DNA from: a virus
Length of the DNA: 64,000 nucleotides
Strand: one strand, 5' to 3'
Virus record (IMG/VR): IMGVR_UViG_3300042195_000059
Coordinates: 805-64,804 of that record
Shown: positions 18,485-27,094 of the stretch, in pieces
Layout of the letters: every line of letters begins with the position of its first letter
Numbering within the stretch: the first letter of the stretch is position 1
Notes under the pieces: generated by a model
The model's database searches: none
The model's input: only the letters and a program-made list of their open reading frames with translations
What the model was told of the DNA's origin: nothing
Translations under genes and position numbers: made by a program

Positions 18485-18688
18485 ATGACCCCGCAAGACC
18501 AGAAAACAGTGGATATGGCTATGGGCCGCATTTTCGGAATGATGATGCGCCCAACGCAGGACGGCGATTTGCAAGAATACCAGCGTTGCCGCAACCTTAT
18601 CCTTGATCTGACTGAGGGCACAATCGACACATCAGACCGTAGCCCTTGCTATATCCGTGACCGCAATAAAGGCGCTCAGGGAGACTGA
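18485..18688 (+). CDS. small hypothetical protein (67 aa), moron gene 1
   Basis: Track ORF (TTG start) trimmed to ATG 18485, preceded by AACCTTGGAGGA. Followed by a UUCG-loop hairpin at 18701-18720. Confidence 0.55.
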   Translation: MTPQDQKTVDMAMGRIFGMMMRPTQDGDLQEYQRCRNLILDLTEGTIDTSDRSPCYIRDRNKGAQGD

Positions 18689-18782
18689 CGTAATCCTCTT
18701 GGCGGCTCTTCGGAGTCGCCTTGAAGGGAGATCGATAAGCGAAAGCCTTCAAGGAATGATCTGAACCTTGGAGGATTTAGAA

Positions 18783-19013
18783 ATGCTCAGGCCAACATCT
18801 AATCTAACAGCAGGTGAAACGAAGCAGTACGTCAACGATAAGCTATCCGAATACATCGTGATCGCATCGAGTAGGGCTTTTAGAGGTCAGCGCAAGCGAT
18901 TTCTTTTCCAGCCCCTCAGTGGCGATTATATCGTTGAACTTGATCTCGAAAAAATCGAGATCGGGCCTGCTACCGAACTTGACCGGCTGGTACAGGTTTT
19001 CAACGAAACCTAA
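18783..19013 (+). CDS. small hypothetical protein (76 aa), moron gene 2
   Basis: Track ORF trimmed to ATG 18783, preceded by the same AACCTTGGAGGA. Flanked by inverted 15-mers at 18740-18754 and 19045-19059. Confidence 0.55.
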   Translation: MLRPTSNLTAGETKQYVNDKLSEYIVIASSRAFRGQRKRFLFQPLSGDYIVELDLEKIEIGPATELDRLVQVFNET

Positions 19014-19285
19014 CCCCTCTCGGGACGGCCTTTACTGGTCGTTCCCTTGAAGGCTTTCGTAATCAGCTATTCAGGGAATACAGGTCCGCGCATTTCTACT
19101 TCCTCGGATTAAGTAAGTATTTGCGTAGCAGGCATGGCGCGAAGTCAACTCGCTCTTGCTCAAGATCACCTGAATTGTGTGGAGAGTGCTTGCTCATGCC
19201 GGAGCGCAAAAGGAATGATTTCTGCGTCGAGGCGCAAAATTAACCATTCTAGTAATTTCATCGATAATTCATGACATTACAAATG

Positions 19286-20272
19286 TCAAGCGCTTTCCTT
19301 CAATGAAGCTGTGGATAACTCCATCAACGATGAATTAACGTCCTTGCGCAAAGCTTTCCGCTCCTGTCGCTGCCTGAATTGGTTCATCTCCCACTCGACA
19401 TAGAGAAAGTTTAAATGCTGCGCCAGCTTGCGATAGTTGCCGATGTACGCGCCCTTGCCGACTCTATCGTCCGTCGATGACGATATTATCTTGCCTTGCT
19501 CGACTGGCGACAGGTAAAACTGATCTCGCTTTTTGTTTCGGTCGCGCGGCATGAGCTGATCGACAAGAATGTCCATATCCGCTTGAGATTGCTCGGGGAG
19601 GCGGGAATAAACATATTGCCGAGCACCGATCTCCATGCGCTCTTTCTCGCTGAACGGAAGCCGCCCGGAGACGTCCGAGGACTGGAACTCTGGCTGCCGG
19701 TTATCTTCGCCAGTCAACCGCATGAAGCCCTCGGACACCATCGTTCCGACAAAGAAACGGAAAATCGCCAGAGCCTCAATATCCTGGATTGCCTTATCGA
19801 GAAACGACGTGCGCTTGACGGCCTCCGGCGGCGTCAACGGCGCGCGATCGACGGCGCGCACAACCTTGGGAGCGCCGTTCGGGGCGAGGTTGTCCTCGTG
19901 GAAACCGAACTCCGTCTTGGCGTTCCGTTCGCGCGTCGGCTGTCCCATGTGTGCAGGATTGTACGGCTTCCTGGATCGCGGCGGCTTGCGTGTGTCGGCA
20001 ATGCGGCGAATTTCTTCAGCCTTCCGCACCACGCGAAGCTTACGGCGCTCTTCCTCGATGAACTCTTGCTGCTCTTCTGCATCCTGCTTTCGCTTGGCGA
20101 GCACTTCCTTTTGCTCAGGCGTTGCGCCGAGCCGGACCGCCCTATTGTCGCGGCGCTTGATCTCGCCGCTGTCCATCAGTTCGATCGTGACGGCCGGGTC
20201 TCGGTCTGGCGCTTCCGCCGACTGTTCATCCGGCGAACCCTTCAGGACGATTTTCTTCGTGCGTTTGCTCAT
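19286..20272 (-). CDS. hypothetical protein (328 aa, basic N-terminal half)
   Basis: ORF track. No motif recognised. Confidence 0.55.
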   Translation of the reverse strand: MSKRTKKIVLKGSPDEQSAEAPDRDPAVTIELMDSGEIKRRDNRAVRLGATPEQKEVLAKRKQDAEEQQEFIEEERRKLRVVRKAEEIRRIADTRKPPRSRKPYNPAHMGQPTRERNAKTEFGFHEDNLAPNGAPKVVRAVDRAPLTPPEAVKRTSFLDKAIQDIEALAIFRFFVGTMVSEGFMRLTGEDNRQPEFQSSDVSGRLPFSEKERMEIGARQYVYSRLPEQSQADMDILVDQLMPRDRNKKRDQFYLSPVEQGKIISSSTDDRVGKGAYIGNYRKLAQHLNFLYVEWEMNQFRQRQERKALRKDVNSSLMELSTASLKESA

Positions 20273-20472
20273 TCTGCCCTCGGCTTCACCAATTTCACCC
20301 TGAGCCCCTTGGCATCGGAGTATTCAAACTTCCGCCAGACCTCGTATTCGCCGTTCTGAAAATGCTTTTCGGGAATGAAAATCTCATCCTTGCCGAGCAT
20401 GTTCATGAGGCTGGCGACAATCTCCATGTACATCTGGTTGTCGTCCTCGTCTGGTTCAGGTAGGTTGCTCAT
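20269..20472 (-). CDS. hypothetical protein (67 aa)
   Basis: ORF track. Its stop overlaps the start of the downstream gene by 4 nt (ATGA). Confidence 0.5.
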   Translation of the reverse strand: MSNLPEPDEDDNQMYMEIVASLMNMLGKDEIFIPEKHFQNGEYEVWRKFEYSDAKGLRVKLVKPRAE

Positions 20473-20739
20473 TCAGTTTCCCCTCGGCTGCCGATTATCC
20501 AAAGTGACGTTGCAAAAGTCCTGAATGTCCAAGAAAATCTCCAATGGAACCTTATGGCCGGTCTTCTGAATCATGGTGAGAATTTTCGTGAAATCAGATA
20601 TGCTGTCCATTGACCAATGGAACTTATGAGCTTCGGCGAAGAGCGTGACGAGGAACTTCCCTTCGATGAAGCTCGCATCGATATCGCTTTTCTTGCCGAA
20701 ACTGGTAAACCGGATGCCGCCCGTTGAATCTGCGCTCAT
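20473..20739 (-). CDS. hypothetical protein (88 aa)
   Basis: ORF track. It abuts the next gene directly. Confidence 0.5.
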   Translation of the reverse strand: MSADSTGGIRFTSFGKKSDIDASFIEGKFLVTLFAEAHKFHWSMDSISDFTKILTMIQKTGHKVPLEIFLDIQDFCNVTLDNRQPRGN

Positions 20740-20745
20740 TCTGCC

Positions 20746-20955
20746 TCAATCCCCTCGATTTCCTGCCGGATGGCCTCGGCGCCAAGCCACGTATCGCAAA
20801 GCGCCACCGCAGTATGAGCCGACAGCGTCTCCTTGGTGGGTCTCCCATTCTTCGATGGCTTTCAAATCCATCTGCTCGCCGGGAGGCTTGGCGACCTCGG
20901 TGATGTAAGCCAACGCTTTCGAGCGGATGTGTTCGACGTATTCGCGTTCTGTCAT
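20746..20955 (-). CDS. hypothetical protein (69 aa)
   Basis: ORF track. Confidence 0.45.
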   Translation of the reverse strand: MTEREYVEHIRSKALAYITEVAKPPGEQMDLKAIEEWETHQGDAVGSYCGGALRYVAWRRGHPAGNRGD

Positions 20956-21002
20956 TCAAATGCACCTCAGATCTGGCGTATAGGGGTCGCACAGCGGCGA
21001 AG

Positions 21003-21581
21003 CTAGTCCTCGGCTCCGAATGTACCGGAGGAATTTGAAGCGGCTCCTGCGGCTTCCCTGCCGCCTTTCCCTTCGTTCCGAAGATGTGTGATTTCTTCAA
21101 CGTGCCTGTCTGCTTCGAGCGTGAGTTCTGCGACTTGGGCTTCAAGCTCCGCGACCCTACCCCGTGAGGCTTCAAGCTCCGCTATTCTGGCGTCCTTAAG
21201 AAAGCCTCGTTGTGTTAGATCGAACGTCGCCCTCGCCACTGTGAAAGCATTCGCCCATGCGGCTGACCGGCCTTTCTCCGTGACCAGCTTGTCGAACATG
21301 TGCCAGTAACCGCTTAGGGTTTCAGATTTCTCCATCTCATCCGCTTCAGCGCTGATCTTTTCGAGATACTCAAGCTCCGCGACCCGCTCCCGTGAGAGGT
21401 CTTCGCCTTCAGCTTCAAGAGCGGCGGCTATGGCGGAGACGAGATCGGCAGAAAGCTGAGCGCTGATCGATAATGCCATAGGCGGGTAAACGGATTTGGC
21501 GTTATCAACGATCGCGCGCGCCCGGTCTGCCGGGGTGTCAACGTTCGGTGACTTTTCCGAATTGTCAGTGATCGTTGTCAT
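21003..21581 (-). CDS. coiled-coil protein (192 aa)
   Basis: Repeated segment AELEASRGRVAELEAQVAELTLE. Confidence 0.5.
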   Translation of the reverse strand: MTTITDNSEKSPNVDTPADRARAIVDNAKSVYPPMALSISAQLSADLVSAIAAALEAEGEDLSRERVAELEYLEKISAEADEMEKSETLSGYWHMFDKLVTEKGRSAAWANAFTVARATFDLTQRGFLKDARIAELEASRGRVAELEAQVAELTLEADRHVEEITHLRNEGKGGREAAGAASNSSGTFGAED

Positions 21582-21835
21582 GCTGCCCTCCTCATGCGAT
21601 ATTTCGAAAGATCGATGATCTCTTCACCGCCGCCCGGATCATCGTCGGGACCGTCCTCGGGATCTGGATCGCCGTAGCGCCAGCCCTCGCAGACCAGCGC
21701 GAGACACGCGAGCGACTTGGTGGCAAACTCGTCACCGGCATCCGCCCGGCGCTCAAGCTCCTTGACGTGCTCGTAGTAGAGTTCGGAGACGGATTTCTCG
21801 GTCATTCCGGCGATTCCCTTGTCCAGCGTTTCCAT
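21578..21835 (-). CDS. hypothetical acidic protein (85 aa)
   Basis: ORF track. Its stop overlaps the start of the downstream gene by 4 nt (ATGA). Confidence 0.5.
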   Translation of the reverse strand: METLDKGIAGMTEKSVSELYYEHVKELERRADAGDEFATKSLACLALVCEGWRYGDPDPEDGPDDDPGGGEEIIDLSKYRMRRAA

Positions 21836-22089
21836 GTGTGCTGCTTGGCAGCCTCAAGCCAGCCAAGCTCCTCCGGCCGTGTCATGCCGCAACGATAGGA
21901 TTCAACCGTGGACGTGCCATCGCCTTCAACTTCGTCTATGATCACGATGATGGCCTTGGTCGGCTTCTGGAAATCGCCGCGGTCAATGTCGGCGAGAGCC
22001 AGCGCCAGCAGATCCCGGACGCTGACATCCTTGTTGTCGGGATTGCGGCGCAAGCGTTCGATGTGGAAATCTGCCGTGTTCTCGCTCAT
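21802..22089 (-). CDS. hypothetical protein (95 aa)
   Basis: Track ORF trimmed to ATG 22089 (MSENTADFHIERL...). Confidence 0.45.
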   Translation of the reverse strand: MSENTADFHIERLRRNPDNKDVSVRDLLALALADIDRGDFQKPTKAIIVIIDEVEGDGTSTVESYRCGMTRPEELGWLEAAKQHTWKRWTRESPE

Positions 22090-22142
22090 GTTCCATTTCC
22101 CTCTATGCGCAATGCGCAACTATCTGGCGCTCTATGCGCAAG

Positions 22143-22427
22143 TTACGCGGGTTGCTCATTGATATCGACACTCCCGATACAAACCTCTTCCGGCCATGTC
22201 TGCGGGGCAAGCGGTCCGGTTTTCAGCAGTTGCAAGATCCGCGCCGCAGCGGCCCGTGCCGTAGGATGTGTGGAAGGCGGCCCGATGCCGTCCGGGCGAT
22301 GATCGTGAACCTCGAACTGCCCGTCGATCTCGACGATCATCAGAGTTCTGTGCGCTGTCGCAATGCGTTTGAAGCTATCCTGCCGGATCTGTTCAATGTG
22401 GGCAGCGATCTTTTCTTCGTAGGTCAT
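22143..22427 (-). CDS. hypothetical protein (94 aa)
   Basis: ORF track; ATGA coupling with the upstream gene. Confidence 0.5.
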   Translation of the reverse strand: MTYEEKIAAHIEQIRQDSFKRIATAHRTLMIVEIDGQFEVHDHRPDGIGPPSTHPTARAAAARILQLLKTGPLAPQTWPEEVCIGSVDINEQPA

Positions 22428-22801
22428 ACATCCTCGCTTTGAGTGCCAGAATTGTCTGTTTGAGTGCCAGTTTCGGGGTTGAGTGCCAAACGGTCGAGAC
22501 GTTCGATCTCAGCGATGATAAGCGCGGCGGCGCGGATGAGATCATAGCGCCGAGTTTTTGGCTTCCACCAATATCCCGTCCAAGGCCACAGCCTTGGTGC
22601 TGTGACAAGAATAGACCGGTCCCGATCACTCAAGGCAGCATGTTCAGCATAGCAAGAGGCAGCCGCTGCCATCTGGCCGCCAGTGTGCGTATCATCATGC
22701 ACCGGAGTCCAATTTTCCGCGCCGATCTGCCGTGCGCGCTCATCCGCGATTTCCGAAAGTATCTCTGACGTTTTCATGCCGAGTTCGATGTCTTGTCTCA
22801 T
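22424..22801 (-). CDS. conserved phage protein (125 aa; ER..Q / HDD..H motif, possibly NTP-pyrophosphohydrolase-like)
   Basis: Track ORF 22424..23248 trimmed to ATG 22801, which overlaps the upstream stop (ATGA). Motif ADERARQIGAENWTPVHDDTHTGGQMAAAASCY. Confidence 0.5.
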   Translation of the reverse strand: MRQDIELGMKTSEILSEIADERARQIGAENWTPVHDDTHTGGQMAAAASCYAEHAALSDRDRSILVTAPRLWPWTGYWWKPKTRRYDLIRAAALIIAEIERLDRLALNPETGTQTDNSGTQSEDV

Positions 22802-23007
22802 TTGATTTTCCCTTCTCCCCGGAACCTGGCTCCACGCTGGTTGATCCCGCCGGTGTCCTTCCCGTAGAAAACCTCGTTTACAGCGTCCCGGTGCTTCTCG
22901 ACGATGCTGTCGTAGGTTTCGCCTCTTTGCTCGAACCGGTTCATTCCCTGATTGAGGGCTTCGCATAGCTGGGTGAGGATTTCGATTGTGGGGTCTGTTA
23001 TTCCCAC
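22798..23007 (-). CDS. hypothetical protein (69 aa)
   Basis: ORF track. Confidence 0.45.
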   Translation of the reverse strand: MGITDPTIEILTQLCEALNQGMNRFEQRGETYDSIVEKHRDAVNEVFYGKDTGGINQRGARFRGEGKIK

Positions 23008-23264
23008 GGCGCGGCTCCGTCATATGGATCGGGCGTTCCCTGCCAATCCGATGTTCGCTCAGTAATGCGCGGGCCATCGTCCGCCAGATAGCATTTGGCG
23101 TCCTCATAATGCTGGATATGGCGGCACTTCTTGCACGTGTCCCAATATTTAAAATAGTAAGGCGCTGCCGGTTTTGGCTTCCATCCAGACGGGTGCGCCT
23201 TTCTCGCCATTGGCTTCCTGCATTTTGGGCACGGGCTTCCCTTGCCAATCACTTTAGATTTCAT
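22998..23264 (-). CDS. zinc-ribbon protein (88 aa)
   Basis: Two cysteine pairs: CPKC ... CKKC. Confidence 0.5.
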   Translation of the reverse strand: MKSKVIGKGSPCPKCRKPMARKAHPSGWKPKPAAPYYFKYWDTCKKCRHIQHYEDAKCYLADDGPRITERTSDWQGTPDPYDGAAPWE

Positions 23265-23599
23265 GCCGCATCCTCACCGCCATTCAGCCCTTCATACGCT
23301 CGGCTGCTTTTCTCTATGACGCGGGCGACCGGCTCGCTGATATGCTCCCAGGCGTCGGGAAGCTCCGCGATGTGATCGTCCGGCCGATCCGCAAATGATC
23401 CGCACCAGTCGCCGCCGAAAGACTGCGGCCAAGCGCCCTCAATGGCGCGAGCCGGAGCCATTACGGGGACCGGCGGGGACACGCGGCATTCACCGGCGCG
23501 GCGCTCAACCGGCATCTCCGAAGCCGTGACGCCGCCGTAAAGAGCGTTCATCTTCCACCAGCGGCAGTACATGCAAATTCGTTTCTGATCGCTGCTCAT
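23261..23599 (-). CDS. hypothetical Cys-containing protein (112 aa)
   Basis: ORF track; ATGA coupling. Confidence 0.5.
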   Translation of the reverse strand: MSSDQKRICMYCRWWKMNALYGGVTASEMPVERRAGECRVSPPVPVMAPARAIEGAWPQSFGGDWCGSFADRPDDHIAELPDAWEHISEPVARVIEKSSRAYEGLNGGEDAA

Positions 23600-23856
23600 G
23601 CGTTAAATCCTTCCTCTTCCAGAACCCGGCGTTTTTCTGCTTCGAATTCCTCTCGGCCACAGATTTGCCAGTGTTTCAGACAAAGCCATTCGGGTATATC
23701 GAACTTTGCAAACTGGTTTTTCTTGACGGGTCCATATGGCTTTACCTGCGACTTCGGAAGATAGAATACATCTTCACCTTTTGCATTTCTTGAACATTTT
23801 AGCGCCTTGCCGCTAGATGTCTGCTCGATTACATAGATGTCCACAGTTCTTTTCAT
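23596..23856 (-). CDS. hypothetical protein (86 aa)
   Basis: ORF track; ATGA coupling. Confidence 0.5.
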   Translation of the reverse strand: MKRTVDIYVIEQTSSGKALKCSRNAKGEDVFYLPKSQVKPYGPVKKNQFAKFDIPEWLCLKHWQICGREEFEAEKRRVLEEEGFNA

Positions 23857-24632
23857 GTCAGCCTCACTTTTTTACGTGCGCTTGCTATAGTCTTTTCTGC
23901 CTCCATCTTGTCCAAGCCAGTGGCTTGCGCGGCTTCTGCCAGCGTGGCGGCCCCGCCTGCGTCCAGAAGGCCCGTCTCGGCAGCGCGGCAAGCCGCCCAG
24001 AAAAGGCTGTTGTTCCGGACGCCCTCGCCGGATCTGGCGACGAAATTGACGAGCGGTGCGATGTCGGCAGATGGCTTTTGATCCGACCGCTTGAAAACAG
24101 GTGGGGGCGCTGGCTTCAGCTTCTTGATTGCCCATGCCGGGAGTTTGGGGAAATCGCCGCCAAGCGGTGAATTTTCCCACCTATAGCGCTTGCCTCCGTC
24201 CAGGACGGAAGGCGGCGCGACCACATAGCCGCCCGTGGTTTTGATATCGATGCCGGGAGCCAGAACAGACTTGGAATTCTTCAGGCTCGGCTCATAGGCG
24301 TAATAAAAATGCGTCCCGCCGTTGGCCGTTCTGGCTGTCACCGTCGGCGGAAATTCAAAGCCTGCCTTCTTCAGATCGGCCACGGATTTGTCAGATCCAT
24401 TGCGCGGGTCCAGATCGATCACGATGCATTTCGACGGCAGCCCGGTCGCGATGCCGATGTTGGCCTTGGGTAAATGCCACGCCCAATCCTCGATTATGTC
24501 GTCATCGTCAGTCGCATCGAGGCATCCCCGGCCGCCTTTCGCCTTTGAAATGGCAGGGATTTTTGCACCAGCCAGGAGCGGAAAGATCTTGAATCCGAGC
24601 GGCACAAGATAGAACGCTGCATCAAGAAACAT
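23853..24632 (-). CDS. bifunctional primase/polymerase (Prim-Pol) N-terminal domain protein
   Basis: Motifs FPLLAGAKIP...GIATG...CIVIDLDPRNG...GGTHFYY, typical of archaeo-eukaryotic-primase-type Prim-Pol proteins. Confidence 0.75.
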   Translation of the reverse strand: MFLDAAFYLVPLGFKIFPLLAGAKIPAISKAKGGRGCLDATDDDDIIEDWAWHLPKANIGIATGLPSKCIVIDLDPRNGSDKSVADLKKAGFEFPPTVTARTANGGTHFYYAYEPSLKNSKSVLAPGIDIKTTGGYVVAPPSVLDGGKRYRWENSPLGGDFPKLPAWAIKKLKPAPPPVFKRSDQKPSADIAPLVNFVARSGEGVRNNSLFWAACRAAETGLLDAGGAATLAEAAQATGLDKMEAEKTIASARKKVRLT

Positions 24633-24635
24633 GGC

Positions 24636-25733
24636 TCAATCCTTCCAGATTTCTTTGACGCCCTGCGTAGCAATGGAGTCATGTGAAAGCCGGAATTCAT
24701 TGGCGATGAACTTCGCCGCGACGGTGCCTTTCCTGCCCATCTTGCGCTCGACCTTCGCCTTGTCGAGGCGGATGATCGAATGCCCGTTCTTGGGGTCAAA
24801 TTTCTTTGTGCGCGCAATGCAGATGCCCCGATCGGCCTTGTTCCCAAAGTTCGAAGATCCGAAGGCATGGCCGATCTTGAACGGCTCGATTCCGCCATCG
24901 CCCTTGATGAACTTGCCGGGGATATGCGTGGCAATCACCATGATGATTTGCAGCTCGTCCACGAGATCGCGGAAAGCGCGCATGACATCCTTGACGTAAT
25001 CGGTTTCCATCTGGCGCGGGTCGCGCTGATGATCCATTTCGTTCCATGGATCTAGGAAAAAAAACCGCGTTCCGTAGCGCCGGAAATGGTAGCGGACGAG
25101 ATCCATGTACCACGAGACAAGCCGATCCTCGGACGCACGCCGGCGAACGAAATGGATCTTGTTCATCAGGTCCGGCGCGCGGTTATCGTTGGCGAACAGG
25201 TTGATGTTGCGCTTGACCTCGCTGCCCAGATCTTCCCAGGAGCACAGCATAGCGCCGCTGCCCAGCATCCGGCCGGCTTCGCTCTCATGAACGAAGTTCG
25301 CTGCAAGGATCTGGCCGATTGTGGATTTGCCGCAGCCATAAGGCCCGCAGAGAATAACCAGTTCTGGCAAGCGCCAGTACCATCCAAGCTCAGCTTGCAG
25401 GAAGGGAATGCCGGTCGGGTAAACCTTGAAATCTTCTTCCGTGATCTGCGAAACCGGGACCACATCATCCCAGAACAGATGCTTCGGCGATCCGATCCGA
25501 ACAAACAGATCATCGCCTTTTTGGAGATCCACATAGCTTAGCCGAGACGCGTCGAGCCCCCTTGCCATCAGGGACAGAGCCGCATCTTTCGGCTCATCCC
25601 CACGTCCCAGCACGATCAGTTCTCCGCTCGACAAATCGGCCTGTTCCAGATCGGAAAGCATGTACGCCGTTTCGTTGACATCGCGCAGACTGTTGAAATC
25701 GTCCACGGACATCGTGAGCCACGTTCGGGTCAT
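24636..25733 (-). CDS. replicative helicase-type ATPase (DnaB C-terminal / RecA-like, AAA_25-like)
   Basis: Track ORF trimmed to ATG 25733 (ATGA overlap). Walker A GPYGCGKST and Walker B FFFLDPWNE. Confidence 0.75.
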   Translation of the reverse strand: MTRTWLTMSVDDFNSLRDVNETAYMLSDLEQADLSSGELIVLGRGDEPKDAALSLMARGLDASRLSYVDLQKGDDLFVRIGSPKHLFWDDVVPVSQITEEDFKVYPTGIPFLQAELGWYWRLPELVILCGPYGCGKSTIGQILAANFVHESEAGRMLGSGAMLCSWEDLGSEVKRNINLFANDNRAPDLMNKIHFVRRRASEDRLVSWYMDLVRYHFRRYGTRFFFLDPWNEMDHQRDPRQMETDYVKDVMRAFRDLVDELQIIMVIATHIPGKFIKGDGGIEPFKIGHAFGSSNFGNKADRGICIARTKKFDPKNGHSIIRLDKAKVERKMGRKGTVAAKFIANEFRLSHDSIATQGVKEIWKD

Positions 25734-26611
25734 AGCAGCTCTCCCGTGTAGGTTCCGTTCAAGCTGTATGAACCGTTCATTTTTCGGTGTTTTTGATCGA
25801 GATTTCCGAACTGCTTGGCCTTGCGCATCCAGGTCTGAAAAGCCTGATCCCAGTTCAAAAACCGATTTCCCTTCGACTGGTGGAAATCTCGAAATGCATC
25901 GAACTGCTCGGCGATTTGCTCCGCAGTGGCTCCGATCTTGTTCCCCTTCGCCCACGAAATCGTCTCAGCCGCTGGTTGCCAATCCGGGGGCATTCGACGA
26001 GCGCGTTTTTTGGGCTCTGCCGGTTCATCCGAATTTTCATCGTGGGGACCAACAGGGGTATTTTTATTGGTAGTATTTTCTTTAGGGGGTGTGGGGGGTA
26101 TTTCTTTTTGCGTGGCATCACCGTGACCCTCGCTTTTTGACACCTCGGTATCACCGTGACCCTTGCTCTGTGATACCTCGGTATCTGGGAGACCCTCGCT
26201 TTTTGAACCCGGTATCACAAAGAGACCGGCTTTCTGATACCTGGCTCTCAATGACCCGGTATCACTGTGACCCTTGGTTCTGACGGTCAAGCTCTCCAGC
26301 GCTGCTTCAATATCAGTGATGGTAATGCACGATTTTGGTGTATACTCAGTTGTTGCACCGTGGTTCGGATTGACCTCAAAGAACGCTTTCAGCAGCCCGT
26401 AGGAACGCTTGAACGTGGCCTCCGAACATGATGCATCAGCGAGAATTTCGGCTCGACGCGGCGACGCTTTGCCGCCGGCCTTCTGCGCACGGCGGGCGAT
26501 GACGAGCTGAATCAGCTTTTGCTGCGCGGATGCCGGCGATGAAACGACGAGATCGAAGAACTCGTTAAAATCGAACGGCGGGATATTATGCCCCTGTCCT
26601 GGTGGGTTCAT
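25730..26611 (-). CDS. replication initiator / replisome organiser (lambda O analogue) containing the iteron array
   Basis: Track ORF trimmed to ATG 26611 (ATGA overlap). Located upstream of the helicase and Prim-Pol genes. Contains 5-6 DNA iterons that translate to GHGDTEVS-like peptide repeats. Confidence 0.6.
   Translation of the reverse strand: MNPPGQGHNIPPFDFNEFFDLVVSSPASAQQKLIQLVIARRAQKAGGKASPRRAEILADASCSEATFKRSYGLLKAFFEVNPNHGATTEYTPKSCITITDIEAALESLTVRTKGHSDTGSLRARYQKAGLFVIPGSKSEGLPDTEVSQSKGHGDTEVSKSEGHGDATQKEIPPTPPKENTTNKNTPVGPHDENSDEPAEPKKRARRMPPDWQPAAETISWAKGNKIGATAEQIAEQFDAFRDFHQSKGNRFLNWDQAFQTWMRKAKQFGNLDQKHRKMNGSYSLNGTYTGELL
26114..26277. repeat. iteron array (putative origin of replication)
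   Basis: GG(T/C)ATCACCGTGACCCT(C/T)GC-like 20-mers start at 26114, 26147, 26180, 26211 and 26258 (spacings 33, 33, 31 and 47 bp). An A/T-rich tract lies alongside at 26056-26110. Confidence 0.7.
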
Positions 26612-26889
26612 GCTGCGCCTCCTTTCCGTAGGAGATTCATGCACTTCTTGCATTTTGTGAAATTTCCAGGTGCGAATAGCGGGCACTGGCCATTGTGGAG
26701 GAACGCCGGAGCGTCTACGCTCTCGCACAGGCTCTTGTAACCACGGTCGTGACGGAGCCAGAAATGCACCTTTTGCCGGCTGACGAAGCTTAGCTGCTTG
26801 GCCCAGACTTTTGAGATGCCGTGCGGAAGTTCTCCGCCTGTGCATTTGAAGCCGGTATCCGGCATCAGGGGAACGACGTTCTCACCCAT
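26608..26889 (-). CDS. Cys-rich hypothetical protein (93 aa)
   Basis: ORF track. Its stop overlaps the start of the downstream initiator gene by 4 nt (ATGA). Confidence 0.5.
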   Translation of the reverse strand: MGENVVPLMPDTGFKCTGGELPHGISKVWAKQLSFVSRQKVHFWLRHDRGYKSLCESVDAPAFLHNGQCPLFAPGNFTKCKKCMNLLRKGGAA

Positions 26890-27094
26890 TGACGCCTCCC
26901 TGAACAGGCTGGAGAAACGACACGTGGATCATTTCAGGCTGTTTCCGGCCGTCTAATAAGACCTTGAATCGCTGGTCTGTTCTTGGATGCGGCGCTACGA
27001 TGACGCCGGTTTTCGGAAGGATTCTGTCCCGCGGGAACATCCTTGCGAAAGCGTCGTTGGTTTCGATGCGATCTCCGGGTTTGAGCTTAGACAT
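26882..27094 (-). CDS. hypothetical protein (70 aa)
   Basis: ATG 27094 is preceded by AAGGGAGG. Confidence 0.5.
   Translation of the reverse strand: MSKLKPGDRIETNDAFARMFPRDRILPKTGVIVAPHPRTDQRFKVLLDGRKQPEMIHVSFLQPVQGGVNG

Noticed and set aside
20624-21175. 183-aa minus-strand ORF overlapping 20473-20739, 20746-20955 and 21003-21581
   Set aside because: It is Arg/Pro/Ser-rich and cuts across three compact ORFs that have sensible composition and spacing.
22802-23248. N-terminal 149-aa extension of ORF 22424-23248
   Set aside because: The extension is Arg-rich and overlaps two well-coupled ORFs (22798-23007 and 22998-23264). An internal ATG at 22801 forms an ATGA junction with the upstream stop. 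The same logic was applied to 25734-25955, 26612-26845, 3462-3650, 31532-31579 and 33642-33764.
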